A stretch of DNA of 45,203 bases from a virus (lineage: Duplodnaviria; Caudoviricetes): IMG/VR virus record IMGVR_UViG_3300049044_000095, positions 1-45,203 of that record; one strand, written 5' to 3'. Below the pieces are notes generated by a model. It saw nothing but the letters and a program-made list of their open reading frames with translations, searched no databases and was not told where the DNA came from. A program made the translations under genes and the position numbers. Shown here one piece after another: positions 34,537 to 43,861 of this stretch (the first letter of the stretch is position 1; each line of letters starts with the position of its first letter).

Positions 34537-34834
34537 CTCCCAACCTCAGAATGAGGCGGGGATGCGCCAAGGTCACTTCTTCGACCTTCCACGCAGTCCC
34601 CGCCCATTCCACGTACCGGATGGCAGAAAAATGGCTTGTCAGATACGCATCTGCAATCACGGCGATGGAATTTCCAACGGAAAGATCGTCGTTGACTTTT
34701 TCTCCGTTGCCGATTCGCAAAGAATTTCTGATGACGTCACCGAAATATGTGCGCGCCGTCAGTTGCTCAACGAATACACCGTCGCCTTGATCTACAGTTT
34801 GCGCGTACCCAACCTTTCCACTAAATCTTCTCAC
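34493..34834 (-). CDS. Head closure (stopper) protein
   Basis: F.GKVGY, YFGD, ADAY, IRYVEW.G..WKV and PRLIL.LGGVYNG; follows the capsid gene. Confidence 0.7.
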   Translation of the reverse strand: MRRFSGKVGYAQTVDQGDGVFVEQLTARTYFGDVIRNSLRIGNGEKVNDDLSVGNSIAVIADAYLTSHFSAIRYVEWAGTAWKVEEVTLAHPRLILRLGGVYNGPKAPIPGGP

Positions 34835-34848
34835 CCGGTACCTCCCGA

Positions 34849-36864
34849 TCAGGCCTCGTCGCGGACGAAGGTCCAGTCGTTGTCGAAGTTGTGCGGGAAG
34901 TAGTAGCCGGTGTTCGGCGTCGCGACGACCGAGATCGAGGCGCCCGGGTCGATCGCCGTCTGCGGGCCCGCGGTGAGCGTCGCAGCGGTCTGCTGGTTCT
35001 TGTACGTGACGCCCGTGACGGACGGGATCGTGACCACGCCGGTCGAAGCGTTGAAGGTCGGGACGGTCGGCGTCACCAGAGTACCGGCACCACGGACGAT
35101 GACCTGCGCCGTCTTGTGGTCGACCAGGGCGCCGGCCATGCGTGCCTCGATCAGGTACTTGTGCTGGTTGAAGTCGATGTCGAAGTCCTCGAACTTCGTC
35201 AGTTCGCCACCACGGGTGGAGCCGACCTTGTAGTCGTAGATGTTGACGATGACCATCATGACGTCGCCGCCGTCACGCTTGACGCCCTCGAGGACCGGCA
35301 CTTCGACGATCTCGGAGACACCCAGAGCCGAAGCGAGCTCCGCCTTGTTGTTGTGGTACCGCCGGCCGAGGTTGTCCTTCGACAGCAGCATGTCGATCAT
35401 GACCGCGTTGGTCATGTAGGCCCGCGGAGCCTGACCCTTGTAGTTGTTGCGGGCGCGCAGAGCCGCCTCGATCAGCGCCTCGCCCTGCACGTTGGCCGGC
35501 ACGACCACGACGTCCGTGTAGAACGTGTCGTCGTGAACGATGGGCCGGATGTGGGTCTCGTTGATCTTGTCCGGGTCGTCGACCTCACGACCGTCGCCGA
35601 CGAGGATCGCGCGCGCGATCTCCTCGCGGATCATGAAGTACATCTCGACCCAGAGCCACGCGACGACGTCGAAGTCGGTGATGTCGACGATGTCGTCGCG
35701 GTCGAGCTTCTGCTTCTTGTAGATCGTCTGCGGGGTGGTCGTCCGCGCGGCGACGGCGAAGTACTGCTCCTTCTTCATCGACGCCTTGATGTAGCCCTTG
35801 GCCCGCGCGTCCTCGTGCGTCAGGTCGGCCGTCAGCGACTTGATGCGCGACCACGGCAGCTTCTGCGTGCCGTTGATGACGCCCTCGACCCACTCGCGGC
35901 GACGAGTGATCCACGCCGGCTTGTTGTCGATCGCCCGGGCATCGGGGAACAGCATGTCGATGTTCGTGATGCCGTAGTCGCCGTCGGCGTGCTTGACGAA
36001 GCCGAACTCCTCGGCGTGGCGCAGGAAGGCCTTCTTGAACGAGCCGATGTCCTCGGCAGTGCTCATGATCGTGCGGAGCTGCTCGACCGTGATTTCCTTG
36101 CCGGCGGGAGCACCACCGTGCTGGATGCCCTCGTTGTTCTGGAAGACGTTTCGCGTCATGGTCCCTTCCTGATGTGCCAGGGCCTCGTTGTCCGACTCGG
36201 CCGTGTCGTCCTTGGTGTCGTTGTCGGACTCGTCGTCCGGGTCGGTCTGTTCGGTCTCGTCGACCGAGTCGGAGTGCTTGAAGGTGTCGTCGGTGAGAGC
36301 CCTGTGCAGGAGGACCTGGACCGCGGCGGCCTGCTCCTCGTTCAGAGTCTCGAGGACGTCCTGGATCGACTTGTGCATGAGCGTCTCGCCGTGGACGAGC
36401 TCCTGCTCGCCGGCGTAGATGATCGCGTCCTCGTCGATCAACGCTTCGACGTCCGGGTCCAGCTCACCGTGCATCACGCGAACGTAGTCGATGCGAGCGT
36501 CCGGATTCGCGCCGGCGAGAACGAGGCTGACCTCGTTGATCACGCCGTGCATCACCATCTTGGCGCGTTCGAGCAGCTTGCTCGCGAAGATGGAGAGCGA
36601 CTTGACGTCCTTGTGCTCGACCAACTGCTTGGCCTTCTGGCCAGCCGGCGTGTCGTTGAAGAAGCCGTACGCGTAGACGCCCTCGTTGCGGTGCTCGAGA
36701 ACGGCGTGACCCAGCACGTTGTCGACCTTGTCGTGGCCGTGCTGCCAGATCAGAGGAACGGTCTGCTTGTCCATGTGCTTGAACGCGTCCGGCGAAATGG
36801 TTCGCCCGTCCGAGCACTTGCGATTCGCCACGGTTGCCCAACCACCGAAATCGTGGTTCTCCAC
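34849..36864 (-). CDS. Prohead protease - major capsid protein fusion with C-terminal Ig-like domain
   Basis: N-terminal HK97-type protease (PLIWQH, SLSI, EVSLV..GANP), acidic linker, capsid domain (EEIARAILVGDGR, FDIDFNQ); GTG start after AAAGGAG. Confidence 0.9.
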   Translation of the reverse strand: MENHDFGGWATVANRKCSDGRTISPDAFKHMDKQTVPLIWQHGHDKVDNVLGHAVLEHRNEGVYAYGFFNDTPAGQKAKQLVEHKDVKSLSIFASKLLERAKMVMHGVINEVSLVLAGANPDARIDYVRVMHGELDPDVEALIDEDAIIYAGEQELVHGETLMHKSIQDVLETLNEEQAAAVQVLLHRALTDDTFKHSDSVDETEQTDPDDESDNDTKDDTAESDNEALAHQEGTMTRNVFQNNEGIQHGGAPAGKEITVEQLRTIMSTAEDIGSFKKAFLRHAEEFGFVKHADGDYGITNIDMLFPDARAIDNKPAWITRRREWVEGVINGTQKLPWSRIKSLTADLTHEDARAKGYIKASMKKEQYFAVAARTTTPQTIYKKQKLDRDDIVDITDFDVVAWLWVEMYFMIREEIARAILVGDGREVDDPDKINETHIRPIVHDDTFYTDVVVVPANVQGEALIEAALRARNNYKGQAPRAYMTNAVMIDMLLSKDNLGRRYHNNKAELASALGVSEIVEVPVLEGVKRDGGDVMMVIVNIYDYKVGSTRGGELTKFEDFDIDFNQHKYLIEARMAGALVDHKTAQVIVRGAGTLVTPTVPTFNASTGVVTIPSVTGVTYKNQQTAATLTAGPQTAIDPGASISVVATPNTGYYFPHNFDNDWTFVRDEA

Positions 36865-36875
36865 GGCGTCTCCTT

Positions 36876-38144
36876 TCATGAAGCTGAGCGAAGTCGCTCG
36901 GGCGGCGGCTCTATCGCGCGCTGTGGCGCACGAGGTTCGAGAGCCGGTTGCGGTCCATTGCCGCGTTTGTCGTCAGGCATGTTGGCGTTGTCGAGCTTGT
37001 CGGCCTTCTTCTCCTTCGACGGAATGAAGCCGATGGCCGTGCGGATCTCGTTCGAGGTGAGGATCTCGTTCCTCGTGAACTTGTCTGCGATCTCCGCCAA
37101 CTGATCCACAGGGATCAACGCGAACGGGTCGCGGAAGTACTCGATGCTCTGCCCCTGCGTCCTGGCGGTCTTCGTCAGGAAGGAACGACGCATGGCCTCC
37201 ACGATCGCTTGGACGATCGGCTTGACCGTGCGGTTGTAGTAGTTCTGCATCTCCGGCTGGTCGGCAGTGCCGTCCATGACCTTCTTGGAAATGCCCAGCT
37301 GGCTGTAGAGCAACGCTTCGAGGTACTCAACTTGCTTGAGCAAGTTGTTTTCCGAAGGTCGGTTGAGCTGCGTGACCTTCTCAGTACCATCGATGTAGGC
37401 AATGCCGTATTGACTGCCCTTGAGTTGAAACTCGATGTCCGTTCGGCGCTGTTCCGCCTGCTTCCGTCGCACATCGGACTTGGTGGAATATGGCAATTGG
37501 ATGATGAGATCCAGCTTGCCCGAGCTAGATTGCTCGTCGACCGCGTCCAGAAGATGCAGCTTCCGAATAAGACGCTGAAGCGTCGAATTCGGCTCGTTCA
37601 TGATCGGGTAGAAGGGATTCTCCACGATCGCGACGAATTCTTTGCTGAGGGCGACTTCTTCGCGTCGGCCGTTTTGCTCGTTGTACACCTCGACGCGAAT
37701 ATGCTGCGGATGCCACTGCACAATCCGCCCTACTCGCATGGTCTTGATGTCGAACCCGCCCGTCAAGTTCGGATTCATCGTTGTGTCGACCGGTACGACA
37801 GCAATCACGCCTTCGTCAAAGAGCGACAAGGCCACGTCCATCCGAAAATGCCGAGCGGCTTGGTCGACGTTTGCCTGAAGATTCAAGCATTCGTTCAGAC
37901 CGCTCTTGATTTCAGACTCGAAGCGTCCCTGATCGTCCAAGCGTACATGCTTGATGACCAGTTCCGAGACGTCGATCGCCAGACGAGTGTAGATCGCGGC
38001 GATGATCGTCTTTTCGTTCGTGTACCTGAGGCGAGTTCGGTCCGGCCGAGAACCGTAAGCCGCGTACGACTCGTAGAGCTCTTGCTTGTCGAGGTTTACG
38101 AACGCGTTCCAGGCATGCTGCAGCCGGTCCTTCCATTTGCCCAT
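36876..38144 (-). CDS. Portal protein
   Basis: Between TerL and the capsid gene; HK97-portal-like LTSNEIR; 422 aa. Confidence 0.9.
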   Translation of the reverse strand: MGKWKDRLQHAWNAFVNLDKQELYESYAAYGSRPDRTRLRYTNEKTIIAAIYTRLAIDVSELVIKHVRLDDQGRFESEIKSGLNECLNLQANVDQAARHFRMDVALSLFDEGVIAVVPVDTTMNPNLTGGFDIKTMRVGRIVQWHPQHIRVEVYNEQNGRREEVALSKEFVAIVENPFYPIMNEPNSTLQRLIRKLHLLDAVDEQSSSGKLDLIIQLPYSTKSDVRRKQAEQRRTDIEFQLKGSQYGIAYIDGTEKVTQLNRPSENNLLKQVEYLEALLYSQLGISKKVMDGTADQPEMQNYYNRTVKPIVQAIVEAMRRSFLTKTARTQGQSIEYFRDPFALIPVDQLAEIADKFTRNEILTSNEIRTAIGFIPSKEKKADKLDNANMPDDKRGNGPQPALEPRAPQRAIEPPPERLRSAS

Positions 38145-38160
38145 CCGTCACCTCCCCTCA

Positions 38161-39894
38161 TTACTCGAACGCCTCCTTATGGACCTTGTACGCGATGTAA
38201 GCGTCCATGGTGGACGCCACATTGTCGATCTTTTCCTCAGATCGCTTCTTCAAAAGCTTCCGGTTACCGTTTGTGTCTTCGAGAGTGATCGCGTTGCCCA
38301 TTGCCCAGGACATCAACGCCTCGTCGAATATGAGAAGTCGATTCTCAGCCAGCTTCTTCAGCTCACCAAGAGGAACAGACTCAGTTCGAGCTCCCTGCGG
38401 GACTTTCTCGATCCCAAACGGCCCATTTTCGGCTTCCCAGCGTTGTACGAATTCTTTGGCGTTATACGGGTCGAACCCGAAACACCGAATGTCGTACCGC
38501 TTTTCGTGAATATGACGCTCAAGATCGTCATAAACATCCATCATGTCCAGAACAGTTCCTTCGAAGACATGCAAGCTGCCTTCTTCGCGGAACTCGTCGT
38601 ACTTGTGACGCAGACCACCAGGGATCTTGTTCAAAGTATTGGAGGTGATGTAACTTCGGGTCTTCACTCCGAATCGACCACGCGAAAGCGGGAATAAGAA
38701 GGAGAACGCACAGAAGTCATCACCCTGTGAAAGGTCTGCGCCCAACGCACAAGGCAATTCCCAGTAGTTTCTGGGATTATGGACGATGGTGTCTTCGTAG
38801 GTGAAGAAATATGTGTATCCCTCCATGGGAATACCAAACCTCTTCGCCAGAATATCGTTTCGAGCGGCGGGAGCTTTCTCAGCCCGTTCCACGTCTAGCT
38901 GATAGGTCTCGTACGAGACCGTCTTACCGATGTTGGGCTGCGCCTTGACCCACATCTCAGGATCAGCGACTTCTTCGAGTTCGTCCAACCGGTAATGCCA
39001 GATGGAAACGTGAGGAGCGTAGTATTCGCCCTTCAAGATCTCCTGGAGTTCGAGCTTGATGGTGTCGCCCGAACCGTTACGAACAGTTCCTTCAGAACTG
39101 ATTGCAACGATCAGGTAGTCATCAACCTTCGAAGCGCCCTGCTCGATGGCACCAACAACGTCTTCGCGAAGATCGCCGGAGAGCCACTCGTCGACCGAAG
39201 CCATCTTGGTCCGAAGACCTTGAAGTTTGCCGATCGACATTGGGCGGACCTCGAGCATGCTTCCCGTGAGGAAATTCTCGACACCCTTTTTGGTCGCCGC
39301 GAGCTTCTGTCGAAGAAATCGATTGCCGGTCGTATTTTGTATGGAGCCCTGAGTCAAGAATTTGAACAGTGGACCCCGTGCTCGGGTAATCGCAGTACGA
39401 AGAGGGCTCATAACCTCTTCGGCTTGCTTCATTGTTGGTGCGGTTGTGATCTGATGGGTCGTGTCGGTGTCAACAATCAAGAAATATGCTTGGAGACACT
39501 GAGCGTACATTGATTTCGCAGCACCTCGTGCGACAATCAAGTACTGTTTGGTCGTCAAACGAAATTTGACGCTCTTGAGAACGAACTTGTTCTCTTCTGG
39601 GTCCCAAATCTGACGCTCGACGAAATGGTACCATCCAAAAATCTGCTCAGCCCACAATTTGAATGTGGGTAGCAGATTAAGGTCGCTACCATCAGTCAGT
39701 GTCAGTTCTTTTTCACAAAAGAGAATGAAGCCTTTGACCGCGTCTTCGTCGTACCAGAAATTCGGATTGTCGATCAGCGCGTCAATGCGGTTCATCTCCA
39801 TGGAGATCTCGCGGTTTACGGGAATATCCCCGCGGAGAACTGCATCACGGAATTGCCCGTAGTAAAACGGAACCGCCGTGTTAGAAAGCGCCAA
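38161..39894 (-). CDS. terL: Terminase large subunit
   Basis: VARGAAKS Walker A, VDE Walker B, GADLSQGDD and KIDNV nuclease motifs. Confidence 0.93.
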   Translation of the reverse strand: MALSNTAVPFYYGQFRDAVLRGDIPVNREISMEMNRIDALIDNPNFWYDEDAVKGFILFCEKELTLTDGSDLNLLPTFKLWAEQIFGWYHFVERQIWDPEENKFVLKSVKFRLTTKQYLIVARGAAKSMYAQCLQAYFLIVDTDTTHQITTAPTMKQAEEVMSPLRTAITRARGPLFKFLTQGSIQNTTGNRFLRQKLAATKKGVENFLTGSMLEVRPMSIGKLQGLRTKMASVDEWLSGDLREDVVGAIEQGASKVDDYLIVAISSEGTVRNGSGDTIKLELQEILKGEYYAPHVSIWHYRLDELEEVADPEMWVKAQPNIGKTVSYETYQLDVERAEKAPAARNDILAKRFGIPMEGYTYFFTYEDTIVHNPRNYWELPCALGADLSQGDDFCAFSFLFPLSRGRFGVKTRSYITSNTLNKIPGGLRHKYDEFREEGSLHVFEGTVLDMMDVYDDLERHIHEKRYDIRCFGFDPYNAKEFVQRWEAENGPFGIEKVPQGARTESVPLGELKKLAENRLLIFDEALMSWAMGNAITLEDTNGNRKLLKKRSEEKIDNVASTMDAYIAYKVHKEAFE

Positions 39895-39909
39895 CGACTA
39901 CCCTCCTTT

Positions 39910-40275
39910 CTAGCCAGCTCCGCCTGTCACCGCGGCCTTGGCGAACAGTTTGACCGCGGCCTTGCCAGCCTGAGCTTGCACCTCGCGCTTGCCGATCTCG
40001 AGAACCGTCGAAGAGAGCCAGCGGGTGACTGCAGACTGCTCGTTGACCTTCAGCCGCTTGAAGTCCTGCTCCAACTGCATGCGCCGAATTGCCGCCTGCA
40101 GATCGGCGTTGGAGACCGAGCCGATCTTGGTCTGCTTGACCTTGGTCTTGATGCTTTCCTTCTGCCGCGCATCTGCCGTGACCGGATGGGGCTTCTTCTT
40201 GCGAATACCCCATCGCATTCCCTTCACGCCGAAGTGGGCCAAGAACGCGTCGACTTTGATGTCGGTGGTGTCCAT
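39910..40275 (-). CDS. Small basic protein with H(F/Y)GVKGM(R/K)WG N-terminal motif
   Basis: FLAHFGVKGMRWGIRK; ATG at 40275 after GGAGG. Confidence 0.8.
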   Translation of the reverse strand: MDTTDIKVDAFLAHFGVKGMRWGIRKKKPHPVTADARQKESIKTKVKQTKIGSVSNADLQAAIRRMQLEQDFKRLKVNEQSAVTRWLSSTVLEIGKREVQAQAGKAAVKLFAKAAVTGGAG

Positions 40276-40613
40276 TCCTCCTCCTCCCGTTTGACATTGA
40301 GACGCCATTCGAACTCTTTGATCTGTTCTTTCATGGCTTCGAGAAGGAAGGAAGTCGATGGAGGATCGAACAGCATTCGCACGCGCAAGAAGACGTACGA
40401 CTTGGCGTCGTTGAAGCGATCGTCGCCATTCAGGACCGAATCCCAGGTCGCACTTTCGTCTTCGATCCTGAAGCCTTGCGCCGGGCCGATACCCAGCTGA
40501 TTCAACGTAGCAAACGCTGTGTTGATGTGCATGATCACATCAGGATCGAACACATCATAGTCATCAGGGATGCCGACAGCGTGCTTGATGCTGACAAGGA
40601 TGCTCTCGCTCAA
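40224..40613 (-). CDS. Head-tail adaptor (gp6/gp15-like)
   Basis: SIL.SIK, FD.D.IMHIN.AF..L.QLGIG, LFDPP and EWRL; TTG start after GGAGG. Confidence 0.7.
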   Translation of the reverse strand: MSESILVSIKHAVGIPDDYDVFDPDVIMHINTAFATLNQLGIGPAQGFRIEDESATWDSVLNGDDRFNDAKSYVFLRVRMLFDPPSTSFLLEAMKEQIKEFEWRLNVKREEEEWTPPTSKSTRSWPTSA

Positions 40614-40630
40614 CTTCCACCTCCTCTGAG

Positions 40631-40645
40631 AGCTACCATTTTGAC
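40631..40645 (-). promoter_or_regulatory. GTCAAAATGGTAGCT motif, copy 1 (candidate late promoter)
   Basis: Exact intergenic 15-mer, also at 42918-42932; each copy lies just upstream of an AGAGGAGG RBS. Confidence 0.6.
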
Positions 40646-40654
40646 TGAACCGAT

Positions 40655-42898
40655 CTAAGCGCTGGGTTGGACGATCACGTCCACCCAGTAGTTCGCGCCG
40701 TTTCCGTTTCCGTTGGCGAAACCGTGAGCTCCCTCGCGGAAGCTGCCCTGGCCTGGCGTCGGAGGAGTGACGTCGTTGTTGTTCTCGGCCCGAAGAACGC
40801 CAACCGTCCGACCGGTAGCTCCTGCTCCCGAATCCCAGTACGACGTTGTGGCCGTGTAGTTGCCATTGGGCATACGAATCTGAACGAGGTATTCCTCTTC
40901 GATGTCCAACGGCAGCGGCGTGGGATAGAAAGCCTCGATGCGACCCGTGGCCGATCCCGCGGCGAAAGTGATGCTTGAGTTCGCGACTTCTGATTGATCG
41001 CTTACCTTGTAGACCTTGCCGGTGGCGTTTGCAGGCATGGTCCCATCGACACGCCAGTACGCCAGACCCTTGAGAGTCGCTGCGCCCGTGATCCGCCACT
41101 CCATGGAGAGACAGATTGGGTTCCCACCGTTTTCGAAAACAACACCTGGACCGGTTTGCCCGCCGAAGAAAGAGATCGGCGACACTGGCGGAGTCGGATC
41201 GTTGTCCAGACGAGTGACGGCAGTTTCCTGCTTGCGGTTCCACAGAGCGAGCTTGTTCGCCGACCCGCGCACGTAAGCCGAGTTGGTTTCGTTGAACGGC
41301 GCAACGCCGACGCCGGCCGGAGCTTCAGGTTCGCTGTTGATGCGATCCATTTTGATCAGCGCCGTGATGACGTTGTTCTCGTCCCAGAAGTGGGTTCCGG
41401 GATAGATCGGAGCATAGATCTCAGGGAATTCGCCGTTGTAGGCGTAGTCCTCGAAATCGAGGAAGGCGATCTCACCAGACCAGCCGTAGGCGGTACGAAC
41501 ACCTTCGTCAGACGGATCGTAACCCGCCAAACCGTAAGGGCACTGTTCGACCTTGAGCATCTTCATGTAGCCATGGTGGCTGTTCGGTCGACGATTGACG
41601 ATTCCGATCGTGCATCGCAATGCGATCATGTCGCCGACGGAGCCATGCTCGACCAACGGAATGCCGGTGTAGTGCCCCTCGAATATGCACTTGTCCATCG
41701 ACACGGCAACGTTGTTGTTGCTGCGAGGCGGCAAAAATGCCGCGCCAGTTTTGTTTGTACACAACGGCGCCAAGTCGAGAACCGACTCAACATCGAAGCG
41801 TACTCTTTCCAGCCGGCATGTGCTGACCTGCTCGAGGTTGACTGCACAGAGTGAGGGGTTGTCGTTCTGCCGGATGGCGATGTCCTGCAGAGTGATGTGC
41901 ACGTTCGAAAACGTGTTTCCCTCAAAGTCGGTCATGTCTGCATCCGTAGCACCGATCGCACATGGAAGTCCAAGACTGGACGACCAAATATGCGTCGTAG
42001 CTCCGGAGTCAAAGAACAACAGCGACCCTGGGTCGACCTGTTCCGGCGTACCACCGAGCTCCGCGGCGCGAACGATGTACGGCTCGCCACCTCCGACGAT
42101 ACGTACCGTCTTCTTGGTCCACCCTGTGCGGGGGATCATCGGAATGGGCAAGATCGCTCGAGCGGTGTCGGTCGTCAACAGACGAGAACCGATGCTGCTG
42201 TCGACGCGGTAGTGCTTGTCGGGAGGGATGTAGAAGTTCGCGTAGTTCTGCTTCTTGGGAAACTGCTTCAGCCATGTCCACATGGCGTCCCAGGCAGCCT
42301 TGACTGCGACGTAGTCGTCAGCCACTCCATCGCCTACCGGATCACCGTAGTCCTCGGGACAGAAAGTCTTCCCGAGGATCGGATTCGCAGCGATTCCCAG
42401 TGGCTGGTAGCGAGCGTCACCTTGATTTTGCGTGAGCGCGCCAACGTCCTCGGCATCGAGGACGACCACCCCAGTCTTTCCGTTGACTGAAGCTACGGCT
42501 CCGCCACCGCCGGTGGGAACGACGACGTTTCCAGTCGTCGGATTCGGCGGAATGCCGTTGACGGTACGAACGACCGTGTAGGTAGCCGGAACAGCGCTGA
42601 CTTCTGCGATGTTCTCGTAGTCGAGAACGTCAGGAGCATCCAGTGGAAGTGCGATGTTGAACGTGCGCTGGCGTCCATCGATCTCTTCGAAAACTCGGTA
42701 GGTGCCCGAGGGAAGACGAACGAGTTCGATGGAGCCAACGCCGTTCTTGACTTCTGCCAGGACCCGATCGGTCGACAGAAGGGTAGTTCCCACCTTCACG
42801 CGAGGTGGCTGGAAGTAGATCCGGCCTGAGGAGTTGGCGCCTTGGGCTCGGGTGAAATCGATGTCGATCTTGGTCTTGAGTGCCGAACCCAATGGCAT
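40655..42898 (-). CDS. Tail spike / receptor-binding protein (beta-helix plus DUF4082-like C-terminus)
   Basis: SVNGKTG.V.L repeats; pectate-lyase-3-like DYG..GDG..DD..A; C-terminal ANYWVDV. Confidence 0.75.
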   Translation of the reverse strand: MPLGSALKTKIDIDFTRAQGANSSGRIYFQPPRVKVGTTLLSTDRVLAEVKNGVGSIELVRLPSGTYRVFEEIDGRQRTFNIALPLDAPDVLDYENIAEVSAVPATYTVVRTVNGIPPNPTTGNVVVPTGGGGAVASVNGKTGVVVLDAEDVGALTQNQGDARYQPLGIAANPILGKTFCPEDYGDPVGDGVADDYVAVKAAWDAMWTWLKQFPKKQNYANFYIPPDKHYRVDSSIGSRLLTTDTARAILPIPMIPRTGWTKKTVRIVGGGEPYIVRAAELGGTPEQVDPGSLLFFDSGATTHIWSSSLGLPCAIGATDADMTDFEGNTFSNVHITLQDIAIRQNDNPSLCAVNLEQVSTCRLERVRFDVESVLDLAPLCTNKTGAAFLPPRSNNNVAVSMDKCIFEGHYTGIPLVEHGSVGDMIALRCTIGIVNRRPNSHHGYMKMLKVEQCPYGLAGYDPSDEGVRTAYGWSGEIAFLDFEDYAYNGEFPEIYAPIYPGTHFWDENNVITALIKMDRINSEPEAPAGVGVAPFNETNSAYVRGSANKLALWNRKQETAVTRLDNDPTPPVSPISFFGGQTGPGVVFENGGNPICLSMEWRITGAATLKGLAYWRVDGTMPANATGKVYKVSDQSEVANSSITFAAGSATGRIEAFYPTPLPLDIEEEYLVQIRMPNGNYTATTSYWDSGAGATGRTVGVLRAENNNDVTPPTPGQGSFREGAHGFANGNGNGANYWVDVIVQPSA

Positions 42899-42917
42899 CT
42901 CAGCCCTCCTCTCGGGA

Positions 42918-42932
42918 AGCTACCATTTTGAC
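42918..42932 (-). promoter_or_regulatory. GTCAAAATGGTAGCT motif, copy 2
   Basis: Exact repeat of 40631-40645, between the endolysin stop and the tail spike RBS. Confidence 0.6.
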
Positions 42933-42940
42933 GCGAAGCG

Positions 42941-43846
42941 TCAGAGGCCGGTGTTCGGCTTCGGCGCCATGACGAACTGCTGCGTGTACAGCATCGCCTT
43001 GACGGCGTCCTTGATCTTGGCGACGTCGTCATCTCCGAGGTCGGCGTCGAGCTCGAGGTTGGCGAACTTCTCGTCGAGCTGCTCGTCGACCTGGCGCTTC
43101 AGGTCCTCGCCGAGCTGACGGACGTCGGTCCGCAGGGCGTTGAACTGGTCCGGCGACAGCTGGACGTTCTCATCCCGTTCGGCCACCTGAGCCAGAACCT
43201 GAGCCATGGCGTCGACCTTGGTCTCGATCGCCCAAGTGCGGTAGTCGATCGCGGAGTAGACCTGCTCGACGGTGGGGTTCGTACCCCAAGCGTTGGTCAT
43301 CCGGTCGGTGAGCTGCATGTCGTCTTCTCCTCCGTTGACGAACCTGTCGTACCACTGCTGCGCAGCCGACAGAACGGCGTTCCAGTTGCCGTTGATGTAC
43401 GGACCCGGGCACGATGTCGCGCTCCAGTATCCATGCGGGATGAGGTTGCTTCCGTTGGGGCGTTCGCCAATGACTCGGGCGAACAACCAGCCGGCGAGAC
43501 GTGCTGCTCCACGCCAAGTGGTCTCGCTGACGCGCCACTCAGGGGCGACGGTCTCGTTGCACATCTCGATCGAGATGGATTCCTGGTTGCCAGGCGTGCT
43601 GCCGGTCGCCCACGCGTACTCGTTGACCCGAACGAACTGCGCGCACGTTCCCGCTGCGTCGATGTTGAAGTGAGCCGACGCCGGCCGGACCTGCCAGACA
43701 GACAGAACACCACCGTGCGAAAGCCGGCCACCGTTGTGGTGCAGCGTGACCTTGGTCTTGCGGTGCTGAGTGTGCGTGACGTGCCCGGTGTCGTCGAGTT
43801 CGTCGATCAGATCGAGAACCGGAAGGTCGTAAGCGATGGTGCTCAT
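42941..43846 (-). CDS. Endolysin, N-acetylmuramoyl-L-alanine amidase (Amidase_2)
   Basis: VTLHH, SAHF, AWA, SISIE, H...ATSCPG. Confidence 0.9.
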   Translation of the reverse strand: MSTIAYDLPVLDLIDELDDTGHVTHTQHRKTKVTLHHNGGRLSHGGVLSVWQVRPASAHFNIDAAGTCAQFVRVNEYAWATGSTPGNQESISIEMCNETVAPEWRVSETTWRGAARLAGWLFARVIGERPNGSNLIPHGYWSATSCPGPYINGNWNAVLSAAQQWYDRFVNGGEDDMQLTDRMTNAWGTNPTVEQVYSAIDYRTWAIETKVDAMAQVLAQVAERDENVQLSPDQFNALRTDVRQLGEDLKRQVDEQLDEKFANLELDADLGDDDVAKIKDAVKAMLYTQQFVMAPKPNTGL

Positions 43847-43861
43847 GTCTGTCCTCCCGGA

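Noticed and set aside
7561-37104. Long plus-strand ORFs (e.g. 7561-9657, 11564-13840, 27128-28756, 34891-37104)
   Set aside because: They are antisense shadows of high-GC3 minus-strand genes, with no recognisable motifs
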